Origin: Dimorphilus gyrociliatus
Lineage: Eukaryota > Animalia > Annelida
Length of the DNA: 64,000 bases
Reading direction: 5' to 3'
Assembly: GCA_904063045.1 (NCBI GenBank)
Contig: CAJFCJ010000004.1
Coordinates: forward strand, 432,195-496,194
Shown: positions 38,395 to 52,500 of the stretch, in pieces
Layout: each line of letters starts with the position of its first letter
How positions within the stretch are numbered: position 1 is the stretch's first letter
Notes under the pieces: model-generated
The model's database searches: none
What the model saw: the letters and a program-made list of their open reading frames with translations, nothing else
What the model was told of the DNA's origin: nothing
Program-made: the position numbers and the translations under genes

Positions 38395-39422
38395 TTATTG
38401 AGTATCATATGTAGAAAGAAGAGCTGCGTCAACCGGTTCCATACAGGATGGACAAGTGGCTGATCTCATTAACCAGTCATCTATACACTCTCTATGATAA
38501 GTATGAAGACAAGGTAAAAATCTCAGCTGATCGCCTAGTACAAAATCTCCCATGCATATTACGCATCTGAAAAATAAGACTGCATTAGCATTTGAAAAAC
38601 AAGAAAAAACAAATATCCTTGACATGCAAAAGTCATTCTAAACTATTCTATAAATAGACTACTAAATAAACGTTTGTAATAGTATTCTTAGTGTAGGTAT
38701 ATAAAATCCAATAGACTTTTTGATGTAAATACAGTAAATTTAAATATTCAAAAGTTTTGTTTACGTCAGCGAAGAAACTGTAGCCTTCTTATTAAATTTT
38801 ATGTTATTACAATTGAATTTTTATCGATTTGGTATGTTAAGCTTGAAAAATATAAAAAACTCAAACTGATTACTTCACGCTAAAAAATTGAACTTACTCT
38901 TTTCCTTTCTTATCCGAACCGTCATAAACACCTGTGGGTAGATGTTGTAATAGACCTAATCGTTTTGCTATCTTTATTTGTTCATCTTCTGTCAGTTGGC
39001 TGGCTGGCCTACTTACATTGGGTGATGGATAATAGATCGGCACACTTTCCTATAAACAAAAGAAAATAAATTAATTTACAAGTTCAGATATGTTTTAAAT
39101 AATAAAAATATTTTTGTCATTCGACTTTGACAGCGCCCTCTAATATTTTCAACATCATGTAAATTTCCTGTTATTCATCCTGTTCGTGATATAATTTAAC
39201 TTTCTATATAAATAACTAGCTACTACTATAAAATATCTTATTCCTAATGTACTTTTCATGTGGCTTGAAGCTTTCTTATCTGAAAAAAATATATAAAACA
39301 GCTGATTACGAAACCTCGTATGGAGGTGGTGGTCCTATATTCGAATCTGACGTTTCGTGGCTGTCGCTACCACGTAGTAAAGATATATCATCTTGTGTTT
39401 GAGACTTTAAACAGTTTCCCAT
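38395..39422 (-). CDS. RNF11: RING finger protein 11, 3 exons, 143 aa
   Basis: Exons 39422-39315, 39049-38898, 38566-38395. MGNCLKS acylation signal, DDISLL, PPPPY (PY motif), QLTEDEQIKIAKRLGLLQHLP, RING-H2 CVICM...CLHTYHRECIDDWLMRSATCPSCMEPVDAALL. Confidence 0.96.
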
Positions 39423-41272
39423 CTTATGCACTCAGTTTTTCGTCCATACGATAAAAATTTCTTGGTTTTTTCAACGTTTTTCCGAGTTGAATCATAACGT
39501 TGAGGACAAAGATGAAAGTAGGTGTGCTACGGTCATATTAATACGCTTTGTTTTGATAATACGCGAAAAATAGTTCCAAGTAAACATTGGATATTCCAAT
39601 CACAAATAAGTCGTATAAAATTTTTTTAAATATATTTTCATTAAATACAGACAAAAAGAATTTCAATAGTGAATAAAAATATATATAAACAATAAAATGG
39701 TAAAATAATTAGCGGGAAAATTCGAAAAGAATTCGATTCCCTTTTTGCAAATAATTCTCTTATTATTTTATTGTTAAATTAAATACTTATATTGGTATAG
39801 ATGAGAAAAATGATCATAGTTTAATTTTTATACTATAATAGCTGTTAAATTGCTAATATAAAGGTAATAAATTGAATTTAAAAAAAAAACATAGCAAAAA
39901 AAGAGAACAGATGTCGCTAAAAATTATTTTCGATCAATATATGATTTACTATAATATTCTATATTTTTCTTCTTTTTATCAATGAATACAAGACAATTTT
40001 TGTCTTTTTAATGCTATATTTAGCAATTAAATTGATTAAAATATAAAATATTGCAAGTTTTTAGTTGTAAGTACATTTTTATTCGTTTATTAATAGCTCA
40101 GCAAGTCGTAATAGTTTAATTATATATAGACAAGTAAATCTATAAGAATTTTAATAGAAATTTCAAGTGAAATTCTATTTAATTCTATATAAAATGTATG
40201 AATATCTTCTTTATAAGAATTTCACTATTAGGAGAAAAGAGTAGGTGGCTGTTTTTTTTTATATAATAAGTTTTCTTTGTTCTTATAGAACAAAGATCGT
40301 ATCTTAATTAATAATTAAACCATTCAGAATTATTTTGCTATTATTTTTTCCATTCGTAATTTTTTAATTTTGTAGCCATCTATTGTTATTTTTTAAGATT
40401 TAATAGAAAAATATATCATTTATTAAGTAGGCTTATATTAATATATTGGCCAAATGTTAAATAGTTGGTCGTCTAGACTACAAGTAAAAAAGTGATTGAT
40501 TCCTTTTTTGAAAACTTTACCATTATTATTCTGGGGAAATGGCTAGAGACAGTCAATTGTTATATATATATATATGTACTTTATATAGCGAAACTATATA
40601 TTTTAAATAAAGAAACATATAGTATTCATAGTAGGGATTTAATCTAAGAATAAATAGTTATTGAACCTATTTCAATGGCTTCTTAACTAGGGCTATAATT
40701 GCTTCTATTTGAATGAAAAAATTCTAATTTATAATCTTATTGAAGGAGAAATATCTTTAATCTATACTATAAGTGCGTGTGTTTTATTTAGAACTTGTTT
40801 TAAAAAAGACTATATAGGGCATTAACCTTATAGATCTCCACCCCCTCCGCCTCCGTTTGCAGTGAAATGTACATTATTTCTGCATAAACATCTTATAATC
40901 TATCACAAATTAATAATGTTGTTTTATTATGCTGTGTTTATGTGATAATAATCATAACAATAATAAAAAAAGCAACAACTTTTCCTGTTCCCTAATACAA
41001 AAGGGGAAGTAATCATTTCTAACCGCTTGGAACGCCACTCGATTCTTTTGAAATAAGATCTGACAAGCGATGCAGTTTTCCTTTAATAAAATAACCCTCT
41101 ATAATTGTAATTAGATTTTACATTTGTTTTTGCGTAGTTATCTAAATTTTCAACTAATTAACAATTTGTTTCATTGAATTAGGACTAAAAAATCTATATA
41201 AATGTATACGAAAACTTTTCAGGGAAACCGAGAGAAGGCGTTCTGGATATTAAGTGCGTAAATATTTTACAG

Positions 41273-41282
41273 CAAGATGGCG
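41273..41282 (+). promoter_or_regulatory. YY1-type motif CAAGATGGCG in the GC-rich UNC93A promoter
   Basis: Consensus match about 175 nt upstream of ATG 41456, within a CpG-rich patch (41220-41400). Confidence 0.4.
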
Positions 41283-41455
41283 CAGTCTTGAATGCAGTCC
41301 GCGCCTTATCCGTCGATCAATAGCGAAAAAAATAGAGTCAGCCGCTGAATCCATTTCTGTAAAAAGCGGCAGATGCCGCGCTTAATTTAGCGGAATTTCT
41401 TCCTATAAAATGTCTTGCTATCACTTGTTAAATTTGAAACGTTTGGTAACCGAAC

Positions 41456-44400
41456 ATGTCTTCTCCTTACGCCTCTCTGGCAATTATCAGCGGGGTCTAT
41501 CTTTTGGTTATGACTGCCTATACAGCACTGGAAGTTCTACAAAGTTCTATCAATGTTAAGAAAGGTTTGTTTGCGATCAGTGTTCTATACTTCTGCAAAT
41601 TCCTCTCCTGCTTCTGGTCACCTTTGCTGGTTCGATTAGCAACTGCAAAATGGACGATAGTCCTATGTATTATACCACATACCATATTTATTACATCAAA
41701 TTTTTTTGGCAAATGGCAAACTTTAATACCGGCGGCAGCTCTACTTGGTTTTGTAACGGGACCTTTCTGGACAACCCAAGGAGTTTATGTGACAGCGTTA
41801 AGTGTTGAACATTCGAAAAATTCAGGAGAAGCAGTTTCAGGTTCCCTATCGCACTTCAATGGCATATTTTTTACAGTCATGTCGAGGAAAGTGATTTAGT
41901 TTAAAAGATTTATCTTTAATTTTTAGTAAATTAAGTGAAAGAGTATTTAAAAATTTCTTCCATTTGTACTTTTATAATGAGCAAAAAAGAGAGTAGGAAG
42001 GAAAAAGAGAGAGAAAATCTTTAATAGGGAAAGTTCACACAAACTAAAAAGATTTTCCTTTCATTTTCTTTTAGTTTTATAAGTATAACAGTATTGCTGT
42101 TATTTCAATCAGATATATTTAAAAGAAAATATTCCAGAATGCTAATCATGTGGTTTTTGGCATGTTTGGAAAAGTACTATGTCAATTATAATCTAAATCA
42201 TTTCCCTCAACCATTTCTCTTTGATTCGGCATAATAGTGTTTTGATATTTGGTAACCTAATTTCATCCGTTGTACTACAAAATACCCCAGAACAGGCCAC
42301 TTCGTCTAATGCCACAATATCGTCCTCAGTACTGGAATGTGGAGCTCAGTACTGCAAACCAAACTCTTCGGAAAGACAGAAGTCTAACATGGAGTTTGGA
42401 GATTTAAAACTTACTCTGCTTATCGGTTGTTTTCTGGCTATTAATGCACTAGGCCTACTACTTGCCGTATTTGGATTGAAAAATGTTGAACGAAGAAACG
42501 AAGGAAGTGAAAACTCAACGCCTATCAAACATATCATAAAAAATCAAATTATATCAATATTCAAAATGATTGGTTCAAAAGATTTTATACCTCTAATCCC
42601 AATGTCCATACTGCTTGCTCTCCCTCTTGCCCTTCTTGGATCAGCGTATGCCGAAGCCTACGTAAGTTGAATTGTTTTTGTTTATACTGTAGTATATCGT
42701 GTGATTTATACCGTAGTCTTTCCTAGTATAGTTTATTAATAGGATATCTACTTGAATCAGAAAGAAATCTTATAACTTTCAACCAGAATCTAAGAAGATT
42801 TCTTAAATTTCTTTAACTAAAAAACTGTATAATTATAGGTATAGTTTCGCTAATTGAATATAAAAATAGCTAAAAAAAAACAGCAAAATCAAATAGATTC
42901 TTTATTTTTATTATTTCTATGATTATTTTTAAAAAAAAAAAACACCTATACAAGAGTGTCTTATGATCGATCTATTCTTAAAACGGTACTACGTCCACCT
43001 TAATCGTACGTTAATACTGGCACGGTCTCTCTTTTATTTACGATCTTGTTATTTTTAGGCGAGGTGAAGAAACTAGGACTATATTATTGACATCAAAAGA
43101 AAATAATATTTAGTTGCTTTATTTTTGATGTTTTAAGCTTAAAAAATAAGACAAAAACTTAAACAGATACAAAACTTAAGATAAGATAGGTATTTCGATA
43201 CATAATCATATACACTAATATCTTTTCTCTATATGTATATATATATATATATAGTGCTCTATTTAGCGTCTATTTACGTCCTTGCGTGTGTTTTTTTCTA
43301 CTACGCATGTAACTAAGCAGATACGCTCTTTGTTATCTAAACACTAGATGGACGGCAAGGGATTTTTACACACTAATAAAGATTAGATGGTTACTAATCA
43401 GTAGGGTAGGCTTAAAGGTTTATTGTGTATATCGTATTTTGTTAGGAAATGACGCTGTTGTTACGTAGGTGCAATAGGTAAATCATTGAGTCATCAACAA
43501 TTACTAGCATAAATCATGAAAAGAAAACCGATATAACGTAGTTTTTAGACAAAAATAATATCAAAATTTTCATATATCGATTAAAATACATATTTCAATC
43601 GAAAAGGTAATAATACCAACGACTATAAAGAATGTAAGATTTTTATTCATATATTATTTTTTTGTAATAATACCCCCTGTAACTTATCGTTATGATTAAT
43701 GAGAAAACGAATGATTTATGTGAACCCTAAGCTGTCAGAATAGGCTTAAGGAGACAGAGGTAAATGAACTATCAGATCAAATTTAACATATAACATCAAT
43801 AACTTATTATTTTAAAAAAATATGAGGTTTTATAGTTATAAATAAATTTTTTTTGATCTATTTAAAGAAATTCATTAATGAATTTTAAACCATGCTTTTA
43901 AAACTTTTATAGTAATTTAATAGGAACAAATTGAATATTAATTCATCTTTTCTTTATCAGCTATACATATCAAGGCATTGACATCTGTTATTAACTATTG
44001 CCCTTTTTATCCTTTCTTTTTCAAGCTTTTATATTTCTATGATATAATTATTTCTAGTGTAGGGGCTGGAGGAATGGAAAGGGTATGATAATTTTCTTCC
44101 CATAGGATATGATAGGATCTTATTAATAAATTTAAACGGCTGAAGAGTAAATTGGGATTATTACAGTCGCGATATTAAGTAATTATAACAAGAGTAAAAA
44201 TATCTAAAATTCCAAATATCTTGATTTACAAATGAAGTTTATGGTTAGGAATAATTTTTTCTGTAAGAGAGATGACTTATGAGGCATCAGGCAAAATTTT
44301 TTAAAATATCTATATTTTAATGATCAGTTTTTCACTCTTTTTTTTACAATACTATCAATTTAGACCGCTATTAAGTAATTATAACAAATCAATCAGGTCC

Positions 44401-45479
44401 ATCAAAAGTACTTTTTTTATTTTACTTATACATTTTTAGATAGGCAAATGATTGTAAATGATAAAATTTTCAAATTTAATACTTGGTATGTATGCCTTTT
44501 GCCTTTCTTACTGCATTTAGCCTCCTTTCAATAGAGGCATACAATCCCTGTATCCCAAAATTTGATATTTTGAAAAATTCCTTCTCAAAAATTACCTACA
44601 GCTCTTTCAAATTTCTCCTGGCGATTTTATGTGGTCTACCAGACATATGCAGGTCATTTATTGTTTTAAATTGCTTGAACTGATTTGAATATATTATATT
44701 TTATTCAAATTCTAAAAATAGCTAAGAAAACGTATTTTTATCATCAGTTTAATCATTTCCGGTATTACTCTAAAAATTTGTTTACAAATAAACATTCATT
44801 GATTTTTCTTGCTTCTTTTACTGTTTTTATTTTCTATTGATTTAATATTTTACAGATTGCATGCGCTATTGGTATTGATAAAGTAGGCTATGTTATTATG
44901 GCTAATGGTGTTTTGGCTGTTATCGCTTCATACACTAGTGGTTATCTAGGAAAATGGCTACATCGTGACATACAATTTGCTACCTCATTTGTTATACTAT
45001 TTACGATGATGATTGCTTGGTTCTGTTGGGAACCCCAACCTCAACATCCTTATGTGATTTTCTTCCTCGTTGGTGGGTTAGGTACGTTAGGTCAACACGC
45101 CTATCATACGCAGCTAAATGCATTAATTGGAAGAATATTTAGAGAAGGAGAGACGGCAGCTGCTTTTGCATCATCTCACCTCTTTCAGGGCCTAGCTAGT
45201 AGTACACTATATTTTATCGCAGGATGGACAGGTTGTATTGACATTCAATTGTATTTGACATCTGCTATATTATTTCTGTCGTGTGCTGCATACGCCTGGC
45301 TAACTATTGATATCCGGCGGAATGGCTTTAAGAAGCCAAATGTACAACAAGTAGGAGAAACTGTTCAGGATAATGTGAGAGGTGACGAATCTCTAATGCG
45401 AAAAAGCATTCTCAAAACAGAACCTATATCGGTTGAAAGGTCCAAACTCACAAACACTGAAACTGAAATAGCTTCGTAA
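41456..45479 (+). CDS. UNC93A: UNC-93-like MFS membrane protein, 3 exons, about 492 aa
   Basis: Exons 41456-41886 (or to 41880), 42238-42661, 44856-45479. TAYTALEVLQSSIN, WQTLIP, PFWTTQGVYVT, FGNLISS, CGAQYC, AY|IACAIGIDKVGYV, AAAFASSHLFQGL all align with the UNC93A pattern. Confidence 0.88.
44164..44690 (-). mobile_element. Internally deleted Tc1/mariner (IR-DR type) remnant in UNC93A intron 2
   Basis: Minus strand encodes TINDLHMSGRPHKIARR (Tc1 N-terminal GRP linker) almost abutting LYASIERRLNAVRKAKGIHTKY-stop (Tc1 C-terminus; stop at 44476-44478). TA|CAGT end at 44162-44167. 19-bp direct repeat TATTAAGTAATTATAACAA at 44173-44191 and 44369-44387. I did not find the other TIR. Confidence 0.75.
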
Positions 45480-48400
45480 CTCTTGTTTCTTGTTTTTTAA
45501 AAAAAAAAATATTTCTAGTTTCAATTTAGCTATACTCTCCTTTTTTTTTATCAGAAGGAAACATTTCGATGTAAAATATATAAACACATTCTAAAGCTGA
45601 TAGCCTACAAAAGAAAGAAAAAAAATACAGACAGACATACTAAATGCCCACATTCATACAATACAAGAATGAAAAAAATGACATATTTGTAATTTATGAA
45701 AAAATAATGTTCTATTTATTTATGAAAGTAATATATATATTTATATATATATATATATATAAAGAAGTAACAAATGAGTTTTGAAAAAATGCAACCTATT
45801 CTGATTTTATCGAACATTTAATATTATGTTGTTTGAATATAAATAATATATACACAGTATGTATATCTATTTGTTTAATATATTTTTAATAACTACTCTT
45901 TAAAACTAATGACAATATTTTCTTTCATAATCAAAAATATGATCAAATACAATTAAGTTATATATATATATACTGTATATACAGTATATACACAGTCAGT
46001 TTTAACCATTTTAACTAGATAAAATTCACTTAAATATCCTAGGACTACTAAGCTCGATTGAAGCAACTTAAATAGATATTTCTTTTTTTTCTTATAAAGA
46101 TACATAATAAATGACTTAAGACTTTTGAAGAAGAAAAATACATTTAAACAATGAATAAGTAAATATCACAGGGAAAAAAAGTCCTTAAAAAGAGAGAATT
46201 TTCCTGGAAAGACTAACAACCTGAAAAGCGGCAGGCACTGATCAAAACTAACAACCGACTATATCCTTTGTCATTTATGAAGTTCAATGGATATTATTAT
46301 CCTTTTCCTTTTCTCTTCTGATTGAATTGTGAACTTTAGAACTTTATAGAACAGAAGACGGACGACTGTATATATAATAATAAATGAGTAGACATTGAAT
46401 GAAAAGAAGAAAAAAAATGGAAGAAAAATAAAATACCACGAAAAAAAAATCTCTTTAAAATCATTTCTGTAGAAGCTTCCAATAAATCAATTACCTTTTT
46501 TTCATAAATAAAAAATATTCTATTCTATATACTATCTATTGTATTTAATCTGAAAAAGACCATGTGAAGAGAGAAAGAAAGAGAAGAAAGAAAGCTAATT
46601 TTAATCTTTATTCCTTTATCTTTTGCCTTCTAAAAGATACTTTCCTTATAATTTCATTTAATTTCGAAATATGTAATTTTAACTCGCTAAGAAGCTAATA
46701 AAAAGAGGAAATCATAAAGAATTTATAGCATTGAACATTGCATTAGACTATTAGTAAAACTTTAAATCGATAGGTTATCCTTAACTTTTGAGTAGATAGA
46801 ACGTTCATTAGTAGACGCTCTTTTCTCTAAACCGTTGAATTGTAATTTATTATTATTCATTTTTTATGAAGAGATTAATCTTTTACTAGAAGAGAAGAAA
46901 GGATTATAATAGATATCCCTATTCTAATCTTTTGTAGACTACCAATAAGACTTTTTAAAATATAAGCCAAGGACTTCAGATCATTTTAGCCATAAACGAC
47001 CTTCAATTCCTTGATAACTTTAAAACTATTTGTAAATTGAGTAGAGAGTACACTCGTCTTCACCTGTTTGTAATATGACAAACAATTCTTATTCTATTTT
47101 TAGAACGTATCTCTTTACGCTTTATCCGTAGAATCTTTCTTACCCATCTGGTACTATTTTCTGTCATTAATTATAATGCGATTGCAAATTGATAATCACG
47201 TACTGAAACTAGAAAATTTTTGCTATATCAATACATTTTTAATACTTTATATAGAATTCCAAATAACAGTTATCCTCACTTTTTTCGAATTGAATAAAAG
47301 TAGATACGTAGGTCTATTTATAGTTGAAATAAACGAGATTTCGTATATATTGTTCTTGTTCTTTTAAATATTTATATATAAATTTTAATACGTAATACAT
47401 TTAGCGTTTCTTGTGCTTTCTTTATAAATATTAGTCATTATCAGTTTAAAAATGGAGTTATATAAGAAAAAGCATAGAATTTAAATTCTTAATACAAGAA
47501 TGAACGGTTTTTCATAAATCGAAAAGAAAACCTAAGTTTAAGTGGTCTTTTATCTTATCAATTGGCAAATATCTAAATGCAACAACATCCTTTTTTTAGT
47601 CTTAGTTCAATTAAGTTCATAGGTACAATCGGTTAATTGTCGTGTTGGCTTCTGATTGAAGTGAGAACTTTTTTCCATGCTTATAGAATATACTTCTCTA
47701 GAATGTTGTTTCTAGTTTAACCAAGGTTGATAACTACTAACAGTGTTTCGAATATCTACATGTTAAAGGTCATTTGCAACAAAATATTAAACCATTAAAA
47801 GTTTAAAGGTATAAGGGAGTTGCCTTTTCTTTTAATATATTTGTAAATATTTGGCAAAGTTTTCTTAATAGAATGTTATTGAATTTTAAATATAGCATTT
47901 AAAAATTAGGTACTCGTTTTATAGGTATCAAACGTAATCAAATAAAGAATAAATAATTGAAAGATGAATTGAAGTGATTAATACCATTGAAACAGATTTT
48001 CTTTGTATCTAGTATTGAGTATTCAACCGTTTTCAAAATTATTCACAATGTTAAAGCAAAAAAAAAAGATATGTAACAAATAGTAATCGTTTAATTAATT
48101 ATTAATTAATTAGCAATGTATAAAATAAATTTATTATCAAAATTACAAAAGAAAAGGAGTGAAAAATTTAGAAACAGTGACATCTGTAGAGTTAAAATGC
48201 TATTATATTGTAAAATTTATTCGAAAATTACTGCAAACGTAATACTTATTACTGTATAAGGAAAATATAAATTGAATTATGAAATGTATTAATGGATATC
48301 AAATGTTATAGCAAACAATATTTATTCAAAGATTTACTATTAACCCTTCATACTTCGTTCTCTGTCCTAGTTCCTCTTTTCCGCTTTTCCCTATGTCCAT

Positions 48401-49029
48401 CTCTCCTTTAGAAAAGAAAGAATAGAGAATATATTTGTTACATATGACGATTGTTAATTAATTGTAAAGATAACTAGGGAGAAAAGTGTTGTCTTCTATA
48501 ATATGATTCTTACAAGTTTAATGTGTAATTATCTAACTTTGAGGGCATCCATAATTCAATTAGTTTAAACGCTATATTCCTTTGCTAATTTATCTGGTAA
48601 TTTGTTCATTCTTATTCAAACTAGGCTGGTTTTATTATGTCATTAACCTAATGTCCTAATTAATGAAATTGTCCTTAGTAATTAAGAATTCTACTCTTAG
48701 AAATTTATCTAATTACCGTTAGGAAATAAGTAAATATGTAACGTCATTACGTTTCTTGTATGGATAAATATCAAATAACACTAGTATTTTCTATTAAAGA
48801 TACTAGATGTCGAATAAAAAGCTATGAGATCTTTGACTAACATTGCCACCTATTGGAGAAAACAAACTATTTACCTTCATTAGTACTTTATAGGGAAATG
48901 TATACAATTATAGGAAATATGAAACTTTTCTTTCTAGCGATTATGTACATATAAGCAACATGGAACGAATAAACAATCGGAATCGATGAACAAATTTTCA
49001 ATATTATAGAAACAAGTAGGGAAAAACAG

Positions 49030-49126
49030 AAAAAGAGAAGAAGAGAGAGAAAGAGAGAGAGAAAGAAAGAGAAAGAAAGAAAGAGAAAGAAAGAGAAAGA
49101 AAGAGAGAGTGAGAGGGAGAGAGAGC
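49030..49126. repeat. (AG)/(AAAG)-rich simple repeat
   Basis: Polypurine run of gagaaagaaa units. Confidence 0.85.
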
Positions 49127-49548
49127 AGGGACAAGGATATAAAGGAAGAATTATAAAAGAAAGGATAGAGGGGGGTACAAAACTTGTATATTCATGAATA
49201 AATGTGCAAATGTGTGCAAATAATAGCTTATTATGACATATGCCTATTCGTAATATGCAATATTATGTCGCTGTATGTTTTTGTTATAGATTTATATATT
49301 TATTTCATCATAAAAAACTGCAGAAACGCTTTTTTATAAAATATATATATAAGATATTATTTGACTTGTTAAAATACTCGTGCTATGCATAATCTGCAGA
49401 AGAAAGAGTAATTTTAAGAAGAAAAAGAACCAAAAATTATTCCAATATAATAACAGTAATGATAATAGCTGCAGAGTGAACCAGAAGCGCGAGAAGAAAA
49501 AATCGAATCTCTGATCAATTCGAGGTCAAAATGAGCAGTAGTCTTCCC

Positions 49549-52500
49549 CTATTTCCGTTTAGCCTTCGCCTTCCGTGGCATTTCTTTACTTTTCGATGTT
49601 GTGGGCGCCTGACTGGGCGTCGCGGCCGCTGCGGCTGAAGATAATTTAATAATAAGGCTTGGTAGAAGAAAATTGAATAAAGGGGGTTGAGGGGGATGAG
49701 ATTGAATTATATATCAGAGCAGAGGCGGTTGGCGTTACGAAATATTTACAATTATTAGAATTAAATAAAAATCCTCTTAGTTTAATTTCTTGCATTGTTT
49801 TTTCATATAAATATTTCCCTAATTAATTGTATTATTGTATACTTTATACGAATACAAGAATTATCTGTTATTCGGGTCAAGCAACTGGATTATGATCAAT
49901 GAAACTATGAGATAAAAAAAGTATATTTGTTAGATTACATATATGTATAATTGATTAACGATTCAGGCTACTTTTTGCTCCCTTATTTTTTTTCTTGTTC
50001 CCTGTTTAGTATCTTTTGACCTGATGAGAAATTATTAACGGATATACTTCTGAAACAGAAAAAAGAATAACCAATATCAATTTAATTATTATCGACCATG
50101 CGATCTTATTAAATTTTTGATAAACATCAGAGAAGAGAACAAAAGAAAGATCTATGATCAATTATTTTCTTTTTCTCACTTATTCTATTCCTTTTTTCTC
50201 CTTCTTCTTCTGTCTATCTATCTGTCATCTTCTTCGCTCTTTCTCTTTCAATAATAAATGTTACTTTTAAATATAGAAATAAAATTAGATCGCTTAAGAA
50301 GATATAAAACATATAGCGATAAAGATAATTAAAATTGGATAAAAATGAAAATAAGAGCGAGAGATAGAAGGAGAAAGAAAGGAGAAAGGCGGATATTGCG
50401 TTCCAAAGGCGATATAGCCGATATTGATTAACTACCATACGTTAATACAGTGTGAAATTCTTGGTATATCAATTTCATAGCCTTCAATTTGACATGATAC
50501 ACTAATTTCTATGGTTGATTTCTACTTTTAACATGCTTACTTTTCCCCTCTGACAATCAATTTTATTAAAAGCGAAAACCAATATATAGCTTTTGTATCG
50601 ACTTATTCCCAAGAATAATCAATTACAAAAGAGTAAGTATCACTTGAAAACAGTTCAATTTTACTCCTTATCATCTACAATCTTTAATTAATAAAGAATA
50701 AAAATAAAATCTCATTGAACCGATTTATTCCAATTAGTTTTCCATGAAAAGATAATCGTCTAAACCTCCCCCCACAGCCCTTCTCCTACTATACCACCCC
50801 CTTCCTCCTCTCTTTTCGTCAATGTTATTCTAGAATCTTAACTAAACAAAAATTTAATTACAACTTATTTTCTTAAATTGTTTTACTAGAAACTTTGTAT
50901 AGTAAAGAAAAAGAAAATAAAATTACGCAGCTGGCAATTGGTTTCTTACTATAAATTAATTCTATTGGGCGTAAAAGAGAAATATACAAGCTTACTTTGT
51001 ATAGATATTTTTCCTATCTTCTCATTAACTACAAACAATAATTAACAATCTACTTAACTTTTCTATTTAAAAAAAATGCCCTCTTTTTTTTCTTGAAAAG
51101 GAAATTTATTCGTTTCCAGTTGTAGGATAATTAACTTAGGATAGTTATTTAGTTGTTTATTTTAGGCCTAGCGGTTTTTTGATAATTAGTATGCTTAGAT
51201 ACGTGTCTTTCAGCCTTTTTCTTTAAGTATTCTTCCTCGCCGAAGGCTTGAAATTTATTTCAAAAAACATTTACGCTTCTAGAATTATTGTAAAATACTT
51301 TCTTTTTTTTTTCACTTCCCCTTCTTTCTTATTATTAGAGTGTAGCCAAAATTAGGCCTATTCTTAGAGGGCTATAATATCCTTCTTTAGCACTCTTTAC
51401 CGCTGCCTTTAGTTTTCCAATCGGTCTTGTATGTTACCCTCCCCTTCTCCTATTAGATATGAGGGACTAAAAAAAAGTTAAACATTTCATTTTCAGAGCT
51501 CTTTAAGTAATGCATCTTTCACCCCGGGAGTTTTAGCTATAATATCTAATAATCATCCACCCACAACTGTCTTTAGAGTTATTTAGGATAGTCTATATAA
51601 TGTGGTTGTCAAGATGACTGCATTTAATCCAATATTGAAGACATTTAGGAAGTTATACTGTGTCTTGACTGGTAAAATCCTTAATCTAATTAGCAGAATT
51701 TATGTTCCTTTATCAACTAAGAACAGACTTTGTGAATAATATATTGTTTAGCTAAAAAAGAAAAGATGAGAGGTGCTAAAGACAGAGTTGAAAAGTTAAA
51801 ATCTTAAGAAAGAATATCGCCGGATAAGGAGCGAAATAAAAGAGAATGAGATAGAGAGAACGTAAAGAGAAGGTAAAGAATACGAAAATGGAGTAGTAGT
51901 AGTAGTAATATATAAGCTCTTTTATAACATGATGTATAAAAAATCTGTGTTGGAAAAAAATCAATAGTGGAACACGAAATCGATAAAACAAGGCTAAATT
52001 TCTTCTTGACCTTGCCTTTAAAATTAATAAATTGGTTAAACGAGTTAGAACCATGCACATATGCGAATGGAAATTGTTGAACCGTTAAAAAATAAGAGGA
52101 AAAAAAAATTATTTCTATTTTCCAGTTCCTAAAACATCACTCTATGTTTATTCCTGTTAAAATGGCGTTAATCGAGTATTGACCATATTTATAGAGACTC
52201 TAATTGAAAAAAATTCGATAAAAATCAATAATTTAGACGGTCGATAATGACTGTAATATCCTGGATTTAGACGAAAATCTATTTAATCTTTTTATATTTT
52301 CAAAAAATTATTTAAAAATATCTTTCGTTGAAGATTTATTAATAATATTGTTATTATTATTATCCAAGTTTGCTGAGGAGGAAATGTAATAATAACACGG
52401 GGAAATAGGTTTTATTACTGTTCCGTATTGGTAGTGTTTTACAGTTGAATATGTTCATAAGAGAAAGGGGTAGAGGGAGATTAAAATATAAAAAAAAATC

